A DNA stretch of 32,000 bases from Ignicoccus pacificus DSM 13166 (GTDB taxonomy: Archaea; Thermoproteota; Thermoprotei_A; Sulfolobales; Ignicoccaceae): NCBI GenBank assembly GCA_025340205.1, contig CP006868.1, forward strand, positions 1,650,001 to 1,682,000, read 5' to 3'. The number at the start of each line of letters is the position of its first letter. The first letter of the stretch is position 1. Shown piece after piece: positions 25,223 through 32,000 of this stretch. Under the pieces are notes generated by a model, which ran no database searches, had not been told where the DNA came from, and saw only the letters and a list, made by a program, of their open reading frames with translations. A program made the translations under genes and the position numbers.

Positions 25223-26301
25223 TCAAAGGGTTTCAAGGGCTCTATGTCCATGACGCTTTTAACTCTAGCTACGACGTATACTTTCGTCCCTCTGATCTTG
25301 GAGGCAAGCTTAGAGACCCTCTCTGCTGTGATGTTATCCTTACGACCCAAGGGGACTACCTTATTTCCAACTCTCATAAATACTAGACCTAAGGGTCCTT
25401 CCATCAACTTTATCTCAAGTAGATTGGGATGACCCTCAGAAAGTGCAGAGAGGAACATTGCTGCGACAGGATCAGAGAACGACTCCATGAACAAGCCTCC
25501 GATGAGTTTGGAGGGTACTACTACGTCCACATTTACCAATTCACTTAATATCTTCTCTCCTTGAGAAGTATATGAGAGGGAGATTATCGTCGGTGGGTAT
25601 ATTCTCTTTCCCTCAACACTCTTGACTACTAATGCGGAGGCGACGTTCTCTTTATCGCTACTTCCGCAGATTATTATCTTGTTGCACGTTAGTATATCAG
25701 CTCTATAGTATGTGTCCAAATGAGTGAGATCGCCCTTTATTATCATAACACCTAAGGAGCGAGCGTTCAGTACATACTTATCTGGGGTCTCCGGTGAGGT
25801 TACCCAAACTATCCTGCTCGATTTGCCAGTTAGCTTACGAAGCCTCTCGGCGATGTCCACACAAGCGGGTGAGGTCCCTACGAGAAGTATGTTAGTGCCT
25901 CTTACCTTTCCTCCTCCCTCTCTTTCCAAGATCGCTTTAGATACTACGTTATGGGCAGCGAGGCTCAGAGCGACGGTTAAAGTGCTAAAGCCGGTTATTG
26001 CTACTACCATCGCTATCAACTTACCGATCATTGTATGGGGAACTATGTCACCGTATCCTACAGTAGTTATTGTGATGATTATCCAATATATTGCATTAAA
26101 GAAGTTCAGATGTTCTATTCTTGCATAAATATTGCTGAATATCCAAACGAAGGCGACTAAGAATAATATTAGCATTATAGGAGTTCTACCCAGTATCGTA
26201 CTGTAGAGCCAGAGTAACCATAAGTAGACAGATCTGAGGGATCTGTTTAACTTCCTAAGCTTGTATGTCAATTCACGAACTTTCAAGACTGACTGATCCA
26301 A
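25165..26301 (-). CDS. Potassium channel (2-TM pore with a cytoplasmic RCK/TrkA-like domain).
   Basis: Selectivity filter TTVGYGD flanked by two TM helices, followed by NILLVGTSPACVDIAERL (Rossmann-like RCK N-lobe). The start is uncertain (TTG 26301 or TTG 26286). Confidence 0.85.
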   Translation of the reverse strand: MDQSVLKVRELTYKLRKLNRSLRSVYLWLLWLYSTILGRTPIMLILFLVAFVWIFSNIYARIEHLNFFNAIYWIIITITTVGYGDIVPHTMIGKLIAMVVAITGFSTLTVALSLAAHNVVSKAILEREGGGKVRGTNILLVGTSPACVDIAERLRKLTGKSSRIVWVTSPETPDKYVLNARSLGVMIIKGDLTHLDTYYRADILTCNKIIICGSSDKENVASALVVKSVEGKRIYPPTIISLSYTSQGEKILSELVNVDVVVPSKLIGGLFMESFSDPVAAMFLSALSEGHPNLLEIKLMEGPLGLVFMRVGNKVVPLGRKDNITAERVSKLASKIRGTKVYVVARVKSVMDIEPLKPFDYLDPNDILVAVEFKSEIT

Positions 26302-26350
26302 AAGTCACTAGAGAAGATGTTGATAAAGGTTTCACGAGAACGCTTTCCAC

Positions 26351-26406
26351 GGCTATGATGAGGGTTAAAAGCGGTGACTTGATGATCGAGGGTCAAGCGC
26401 TGAGCC
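26351..26406 (+). ncRNA. Candidate C/D-box sRNA (2'-O-methylation guide).
   Basis: GGCT-ATGATGA(C, 26355-61)-12 nt-GTGA(D', 26374-77)-2 nt-TGATGA(C', 26380-85)-14 nt-CTGA(D, 26400-03)-GCC. The terminal GGC/GCC can pair. Length is about 56 nt. The A/T-rich TGATAAAG (26321-28) lies about 25 nt upstream of the 5' end. The location is intergenic. Confidence 0.55.
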
Positions 26407-26410
26407 ACCC

Positions 26411-26418
26411 TATTTAAA
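26411..26418 (+). promoter_or_regulatory. TATA box candidate for infB.
   Basis: TATTTAAA lies 36 nt upstream of the GTG at 26454. A GGTGA Shine-Dalgarno motif at 26443-47 lies in the short predicted leader. Confidence 0.45.
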
Positions 26419-26453
26419 CTATCTCTTTAAGGTCTGTGAAACGGTGAGATAGA

Positions 26454-28277
26454 GTGAGCGAGGAGCGTCAGCGAAGGCTCAGGCAACCTATAGTGGCCGT
26501 GCTAGGTCACGTCGATCACGGAAAGACTACCTTGTTAGATAAGATTAGGGGAACGACAGTAGCGGCCAAGGAGCCAGGGCAGATAACTCAGCACGTAGGA
26601 GCGAGTTTAGTACCATCAAATGTCATCGAAAAAGTTACTGAACCTCTGAAGAAATTGATACCGACGGTGAAGCTGGAGCTACCGGGCTTATTGTTTATTG
26701 ACACGCCAGGTCACGAGATATTTACAAATTTGAGAAAAAGAGGCGGCGCGGTTGCCGATCTAGCCATATTAGTCGTAGATATAATGGAAGGATTCCAACC
26801 GCAAACGTATGAAGCCGTTGAAATCCTTAAACAAAGGAAAGTGCCCTTCATCGTAGCAGCTAACAAGGTCGATAGGATACCCGGCTGGAGACCTAACCCA
26901 GACCAGCCCATATTGATAAGCATGAGGAAGCAAGATCCCTCCGTAATAGAGTTCATGGATAATCAGATATACAAGATTATGGGAGAATTGGCAAAAATGG
27001 GCTTCGATAGCGATAGATTCGACAGAATAAAGAATTACACTAGACAAATAGCGATAGTTCCCATATCCGCCAAGACTGGAGAAGGCGTGCCCGAACTACT
27101 GGCACTCCTAGCCGGATTGGCCCAGAGGTTCATGAAAGGAAAGCTCAAGTATGTTGAGGGACCAGCTAAGGGCGTAGTTATGGAAGTCAAGGAGGAACCC
27201 GGGTACGGATCCACAATTGATACCATAATTTATGATGGTATAATAAAGCAAGGTGACACAATAGTAGTCGGCGGAATCGAAGAACCGATAGTGACTAAGG
27301 TTAGGGCACTTCTGATACCAGAACCTCTGCAAGAGATAAGGGCTACCAAGAGGTTCAGAGCGGTTGATGAAGTAAGCGCAGCGGCAGGAGTGAAGATAGT
27401 TGCGCCCGGCCTCGACAAAGCGGTAGCCGGTGCACCAATATATGTAGTTGAAAGAGAGGAAGATTTGGAGAAGATAAAGGAGCAAGTCAAGAAGGAAGTC
27501 GAGGAGGTACTTATCGAGACCGATGCAGAGGGAGTAATAGTAAAGGCCGATACCTTAGGTACCTTGGAGGCTTTGGTTCAATTCTTAAGAAGTAGAAACA
27601 TACCGGTGAGGATGGCCAGAGTAGGTCCAGTCACCAAGAGAGACGTTATGGAAGCTATAGCTGTCAAGAGGCATAAGAAGGAATACGGTGTCATACTAGC
27701 CTTTAACGTCAAGGTGTTACCAGAAGCTAAGGAGCTGGCGGAGAAGGAGGGTATAAAGATCTTCCAGCACAACGTAATATACAAGCTCATTGAAGACTTT
27801 GAGGAGTGGTTGAATAAGCTTAAGGAAGAGGAGAGGCGGAAGGAGCTAGAGAAGCTAATTAGACCCGGAAAGATACGCATTCTTCCGGGTTTCGTCTTCA
27901 GAAGGAGCGATCCAGCTATCGTCGGAGTGGAGGTACTAGGAGGAACGATAAAGCCTGGCTACCCCTTAATGAAGGAGAGCGGTGAAAGGGTTGGATCAAT
28001 ACTTCAAATACAAGATAAAGGGAAAACAGTTCACGTAGCCAGAGCTGGGCAACAAGTAGCGATATCGATTAAGGGTAGAGTAATGGTGGGTAGACACATT
28101 CACGAAGGAGAAATACTCTATACAGACATACCTTCCTCACATGCGAGGCTCTGGCAGACGAAGTTCAGGAAGGAGTTAAGTGACGACGAATGGCATACGT
28201 TACAAGAGATCATAAAGATAAAGAGGAAACAAGATCCCCTCTACGGGCTTGCCATAGGTGCTTCAACCAATAAGTGA
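26454..28277 (+). CDS. infB: Translation initiation factor aIF5B (IF-2 family GTPase).
   Basis: G1 GHVDHGKTTLLD, G3 DTPGHE, G4 ANKVD. 607 aa with the typical four-domain length. No intein. Confidence 0.95.
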   Translation: MSEERQRRLRQPIVAVLGHVDHGKTTLLDKIRGTTVAAKEPGQITQHVGASLVPSNVIEKVTEPLKKLIPTVKLELPGLLFIDTPGHEIFTNLRKRGGAVADLAILVVDIMEGFQPQTYEAVEILKQRKVPFIVAANKVDRIPGWRPNPDQPILISMRKQDPSVIEFMDNQIYKIMGELAKMGFDSDRFDRIKNYTRQIAIVPISAKTGEGVPELLALLAGLAQRFMKGKLKYVEGPAKGVVMEVKEEPGYGSTIDTIIYDGIIKQGDTIVVGGIEEPIVTKVRALLIPEPLQEIRATKRFRAVDEVSAAAGVKIVAPGLDKAVAGAPIYVVEREEDLEKIKEQVKKEVEEVLIETDAEGVIVKADTLGTLEALVQFLRSRNIPVRMARVGPVTKRDVMEAIAVKRHKKEYGVILAFNVKVLPEAKELAEKEGIKIFQHNVIYKLIEDFEEWLNKLKEEERRKELEKLIRPGKIRILPGFVFRRSDPAIVGVEVLGGTIKPGYPLMKESGERVGSILQIQDKGKTVHVARAGQQVAISIKGRVMVGRHIHEGEILYTDIPSSHARLWQTKFRKELSDDEWHTLQEIIKIKRKQDPLYGLAIGASTNK

Positions 28278-28290
28278 GGGCGACTTTTTG

Positions 28291-28348
28291 ATGATGAGTA
28301 AGGGAGTCAGGTGATCCAAAAGGAGATGACCGGAAACGGAACAGCTGA
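28291..28348 (+). ncRNA. Weaker candidate C/D-box sRNA.
   Basis: ATGATGA(C, 28291-97)-13 nt-GTGA(D')-8 nt-GAGATGA(C', 28323-29)-15 nt-CTGA(D, 28345-48). Length 58 nt. It lies in the convergent infB/trpD intergenic region. The spacers are longer than the usual 12 nt and I see no terminal stem. Confidence 0.3.
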
Positions 28349-28427
28349 GACTATTTCCTTGCGCATCTTGGGCACAATGAGGATGCTAGAAAGGGGCGAG
28401 AGATGAGCGGAGGCCGGGCTCCGAGTG

Positions 28428-29447
28428 CTAAAAGGTTGGCTTACCACCGGACGCCTCAACGATCCTTCGAATTCTCTCGATAACGTCGTTGCTTTTGATG
28501 AAATCTATTACCTCGTCGTATGCTTCTCTAAGGTCCTTTTCACTTAATACGTGTAAGGCCATAGCAGCGTTCAAGCCCAAGAAGATGGCTTCTGGGACTT
28601 CTCCTCTAAAGGCCCTTAGAACCTTTTCCTTGGACTCTTCAACGCTGCTCACCCTTAATGGATCCAAGCTCTCTAAAGCTCTTGCTCCAAAGTCACTTAC
28701 ATCTACCACGCTCTTAGTAATCTCCCCGTCTTCAATTAAGTAAACTTGAGTAGTTGATATGGGAGAAACCTCATCAATACCCGGTCTTCCATGTATCACA
28801 GCAGCTCTCTTGATTCCTAAGGTACTTAGCGCCTTTGCCATGGGTTCTAGCATCCACTCCTTACTAACGCCGAGCACTTGGTAGCCTGGTCTCGCTGGGT
28901 TGCTTAGAGGTCCTATTAAGTTAAAGATAGTCCTTATCCCCAGCGCCTTTCGTACTGGCATCACGTTCTTCATGGCAGGGTGATACTTGGGAGCGAAGAT
29001 AAACGCAAAGTTACTTTTTGCTAAAGCTTTCTCAACCTCTTCTGGAGATAGATCGATCTTATAACCTAATGCTTCGAGAAGATCAGCACTTCCGCTAATT
29101 CCAGAGACGCTTCTGTTTCCATGCTTGACTACGGGATAACCCATAGCTGCCAAAAGAAATGCGGTAGCGGTACTTACGTTGAATAATGAGGCCTTATCCC
29201 CGCCCGTCCCTGCGGTGTCTAACGCTTCAGGGAAGGGGCCCACCTTGATTGCGAGATCTCTAAGCGCCTTGGCGAACCCTGCTATTTCATTGAAACCTTC
29301 ACCTTTACATCGCAACGCTACTAGGATAGCACTCTTCATTACGTCATCAATTTTGTTCTCTGCAATTGCTAAGGCCACATTATATGCATCCTCTAAAGAG
29401 AGATCCTTACCTGAAAGAAGGAGTTCGAGGAGTTCATTCCACTTCAC
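28428..29447 (-). CDS. trpD: Anthranilate phosphoribosyltransferase.
   Basis: GTGGD, KHGNRSVSGISGSADLLEALG and NLIGPLSNP motifs. 339 aa. GTG start. Confidence 0.85.
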   Translation of the reverse strand: MKWNELLELLLSGKDLSLEDAYNVALAIAENKIDDVMKSAILVALRCKGEGFNEIAGFAKALRDLAIKVGPFPEALDTAGTGGDKASLFNVSTATAFLLAAMGYPVVKHGNRSVSGISGSADLLEALGYKIDLSPEEVEKALAKSNFAFIFAPKYHPAMKNVMPVRKALGIRTIFNLIGPLSNPARPGYQVLGVSKEWMLEPMAKALSTLGIKRAAVIHGRPGIDEVSPISTTQVYLIEDGEITKSVVDVSDFGARALESLDPLRVSSVEESKEKVLRAFRGEVPEAIFLGLNAAMALHVLSEKDLREAYDEVIDFIKSNDVIERIRRIVEASGGKPTF

Positions 29448-29612
29448 GACTGTGTACCGAGGATAGGTAAAGGTAATTGTACAAAAAAGTTACTCCTTGG
29501 GCTTGCAGATGACAGGGGCGTTAGGGCCTTGGTCCTCGCAGACTAGAACGACCTCGTTGTTCTCGGTGTTCGCGCTCATGAGGTTCCACCATGAGGCACA
29601 GTCTTGTGGGCA

Positions 29613-30368
29613 CTATATAAGCAAAGCGTTCAGTAACTCTAGTTGTGAAGCGAAATTCAATGCCTTGAACTTATCGGGGGTGTCGAAGGGCGAACCTAGG
29701 TACTTTGTAGCGCAACCTATCCATAACATTCCGTTATCCGTAAAGGACTCTTCACAAACTCCTATCCCATCCACCATGTAGATCGTTTTACAGTACTCGC
29801 CAAGTAGGTCGCTCGGAAAGTTAGCGAAGAATCGAGGGATGAAAATGAGCGTCCTCTTAGTTCTAAAGATAGATAGAGTGACAAGAGCGGTCATGCTGTG
29901 GGAAAAAGCGTACCACAGACCATCGTAAAACGTCACTATGCATATCTCATCACCTGGTTTAATGAAAACGTCAAGAAAACCACTGTAAGCATTTACCTTC
30001 ACCTCGGCATCAAACGCGCCCACCTTACTTGCGGTGAAGATCTTCTCTTTGTATTCTATGGGAACGGCAATGGCAGCTCCTTCTATGATGTTCGGAGTCC
30101 TAGGCAGGACAGATCCCTCAAAATATAGAATATTATCCAACGGTTGGATTCTATTTGAAATGATTCTTATCTTTCCAGAGAGAAACCCAGAGGGAAGACA
30201 AGGTATCCTATTTTCAGCAACTACGTGACAATTCCAGTCCTCCACGATTATTCCGGGCGTTTTTTCTTTGAAAACATCAAAATGAGACTTGATATATTTA
30301 GAACGTTCTTCTATTATCTTTAACGGTGACATGGTGAAGCTAGATAGCCTCGACGCCTCGGAGAGCAC
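29613..30368 (-). CDS. Hypothetical beta-rich 251-aa protein downstream of hyuB.
   Basis: It starts 23 nt downstream of the hyuB stop on the same strand. The start is GTG 30368 or ATG 30332. I recognised no motif. It ends at a TAG that is followed by an open in-frame Cys-rich extension. Confidence 0.5.
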   Translation of the reverse strand: MLSEASRLSSFTMSPLKIIEERSKYIKSHFDVFKEKTPGIIVEDWNCHVVAENRIPCLPSGFLSGKIRIISNRIQPLDNILYFEGSVLPRTPNIIEGAAIAVPIEYKEKIFTASKVGAFDAEVKVNAYSGFLDVFIKPGDEICIVTFYDGLWYAFSHSMTALVTLSIFRTKRTLIFIPRFFANFPSDLLGEYCKTIYMVDGIGVCEESFTDNGMLWIGCATKYLGSPFDTPDKFKALNFASQLELLNALLI

Positions 30369-30391
30369 GTATTGGTACAGTTCGAAAAGCC

Positions 30392-31909
30392 TCAGACATG
30401 ACCACCCCCACCTGGAGTCTCTATGATGAAAACGTCGTCTGGTTCGAGTTCAACTGTATCGTAACCTCCTATGAGATACTCCGTCTGCTTCTTCACTATT
30501 CTCACATTCCCGGGCTTCCCTGGAGAGGCCTTAACTCCCGGGCTCGGATACTTTGTCCTTGACATCATTACAGTGACTTTTATTCTTTCTAAGGCCTTCC
30601 AAGACCTAATTAGACCATCACCCCCTTTTCTTCTGCCATAACCTCCGCTCCCCCTCCTTACCCTATATTGGAGAAAGAGTATGGGTAACTCTTGTTCTAG
30701 AACCTCTATTGGGGTATTCATGGTATTCGTCATTCCCCACTGGACAGCGTTCTCTCCGTCTTCGCGGGAGGTAGATGAACCTCCTCCACCGTTTGTCTCA
30801 TAATATACCTTATTTTTAGTAGAGATAACGACGTTGGCCATGGTTCCTGGACCACAAGAAGGAGCCTTATCGGTGGCACTCGCTAAAGCTATGAGGAGAG
30901 CCTCCAAGGCTCTCTGTGAAGTCTCCAAGTTCCCAGCGCCTACAGCTGCTGGATAATGAGGATTGAGTAAGCTACCCTCTCTGGTTTTAACGTCTATAGA
31001 ATCATACAGTCCTTGATCTACTGGTCCCTCTGGTACCGTTAGAGCCTTCAAGAAGAATGAGGTGGCGGCGTAAGGTATCCCTTCTACGGCGTTTACGTTC
31101 AAGGGAACCTCGTCGTCAGTAGGACTAAAATCAACTTTTAATAAATCATCTTCAATCTTGAGCCTAACTCCTATCTTAACGTCTTTGAGGGGCGTCTCCA
31201 GAATAGTTTCGCCAAAACCCTCGATACCCTCGAACTCACTTAGGTGTTTCGAATAAAGAGCTCTCGAAGACTCAATGAAACTGTCTATAGAATTTAATAT
31301 TAACTCCTTTGAGTACCTCTCCAAGAGCTCGTTAATTCTCCTTACGCCCTCTCTTAAGGAGGCTATCTGAGCTTTGACGTCTGAACGGAAGACCTTAGGG
31401 ACTCTTACTTGGGAAGCGAGCTCGTTCAGGACTTTCTCGTCAACCTCCCAACTCTTCGCTATTAGCGTTGGTTCTATGACTAGTCCTTCTTCATAAAGAG
31501 TCCTTGCCCTAGGATTTAGTGAGCCGGGAACAGGTCCGCCTACGTCTACGTGGTGCGCTTTATTGATTACCCACCCTAAGGGAGACTTCGTAATGACAGT
31601 GACGTCGTTTAGGTGAGTACCCGTAAGGTATGGATCATTCATTATTATGACGTCGCCTACCCCGAGCTCACCTATCTTTGCTTCTATCGCATTAAGTATT
31701 CTCTTGGATGCCCATGCTAGGCTTCCCAAATGCACCGGAATATGTTCCGCTTGGGCTGCAATTCTCCCGTCATCAGTTAGGAGAGCACACGACATGTCTA
31801 ATCTTTCTCTTATATTGGGGGACATAGAGGAATTTCGGAGGACTATCCCCATTTCCTCGGCTATGTAGCTTAGAGCTCTTTGTATTATTCCGACCTTCAA
31901 GTTATCCAA
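30392..31909 (-). CDS. hyuB: Hydantoinase B/oxoprolinase-family subunit (HyuB / acetone-carboxylase-alpha-like).
   Basis: NDPYLTGTHLNDVTVI (the D-P-Y-x-G-G-T-H-L-x-D-type motif). 505 aa. The TTG start overlaps the stop of the upstream ORF by 8 nt. Confidence 0.8.
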   Translation of the reverse strand: MDNLKVGIIQRALSYIAEEMGIVLRNSSMSPNIRERLDMSCALLTDDGRIAAQAEHIPVHLGSLAWASKRILNAIEAKIGELGVGDVIIMNDPYLTGTHLNDVTVITKSPLGWVINKAHHVDVGGPVPGSLNPRARTLYEEGLVIEPTLIAKSWEVDEKVLNELASQVRVPKVFRSDVKAQIASLREGVRRINELLERYSKELILNSIDSFIESSRALYSKHLSEFEGIEGFGETILETPLKDVKIGVRLKIEDDLLKVDFSPTDDEVPLNVNAVEGIPYAATSFFLKALTVPEGPVDQGLYDSIDVKTREGSLLNPHYPAAVGAGNLETSQRALEALLIALASATDKAPSCGPGTMANVVISTKNKVYYETNGGGGSSTSREDGENAVQWGMTNTMNTPIEVLEQELPILFLQYRVRRGSGGYGRRKGGDGLIRSWKALERIKVTVMMSRTKYPSPGVKASPGKPGNVRIVKKQTEYLIGGYDTVELEPDDVFIIETPGGGGHV

Positions 31910-32000
31910 TAATTCCCCCTATACGACGAGAGAAGTCCCCCCTATCATCCTGAGGCCTCTTGCCTCCGTCAAGGGGGTCGGCGCGCATGAGTATGTTAAG
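31902..32000 (-). CDS. hyuA: 3' end of the probable hydantoinase A/oxoprolinase subunit gene (partial, continues beyond the window).
   Basis: The minus-strand frame is open from the window edge (...LNILMRADPLDGGKRPQDDRGDFSRRIGGIIG*) and overlaps the hyuB start. The assignment rests on the usual hyuA-hyuB adjacency, not on motifs. Confidence 0.35.
   Translation of the reverse strand, partial: LNILMRADPLDGGKRPQDDRGDFSRRIGGIIG

Noticed and set aside
28377-28424. A third ATGA...CCGA box-like pattern near the trpD 3' end.
   Set aside because: There is no proper C box (ATGAGGATG or AGATGAG) and the D-like box is CCGA. The resemblance is superficial.
1-32000. Search for CRISPR repeats, IS/transposase or integrase genes, tRNA/rRNA genes, toxin-antitoxin pairs and inteins.
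   Set aside because: I could recognise none of these by eye. There are no regularly spaced direct repeats, no DDE or tyrosine-recombinase motifs, no tRNA-like GTTC-containing cloverleaf candidates in the four spacers longer than 140 nt, and aIF5B is of intein-free length. A repeat finder and tRNAscan/Infernal should confirm this.

Overview
This is a gene-dense chromosomal segment, and the gene content points to a (hyper)thermophilic crenarchaeon (Thermoprotei-like). Supporting features are aIF5B, ribosomal proteins L24e and S28e, archaeal UMP kinase, fused ThiD-ThiN, NurA/HerA, K/E/I/V-rich proteins, frequent GTG/TTG starts, GGTGA-type Shine-Dalgarno motifs and 4-nt start/stop overlaps. By eye the GC content is moderate. 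I found no rRNA, tRNA, CRISPR array, IS element or integrase.

Most of the window is housekeeping:
- metE 3' end and M17 leucyl aminopeptidase
- livHMGF-type ABC transporter and pyrH
- ndk, rpl24e and rps28e
- class I fumarate hydratase and a GH130-like glycosidase
- thiDN, a TVGYGD K+ channel, infB, trpD and hyuA/hyuB

Five things deserve a second look:
1. A compact bidirectional seven-gene cluster (197-4539). It encodes at least three paralogous DUF4388/PATAN-like proteins, a MinD/ParA-type deviant Walker ATPase and a Roadblock/LC7-like protein, with no small GTPase. This is my best candidate for an uncharacterised system, possibly a positioning or switch module.
2. A head-to-head NurA/HerA pair without Mre11/Rad50. 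NurA is followed by three small genes, including an untracked 54-aa six-cysteine ORF and a small membrane protein. HerA is followed by an overlapping Rossmann-like ORF.
3. A secreted Lon-type (S16) peptidase whose Ser and Lys catalytic residues are separated by a 1-nt frameshift.
4. One good and one weaker C/D-box sRNA candidate in intergenic regions.
5. An in-frame TAG followed by a Cys-rich open extension downstream of the hyuAB-linked unknown gene.

All functional calls rest on motifs I recognised by eye. No database search was run.
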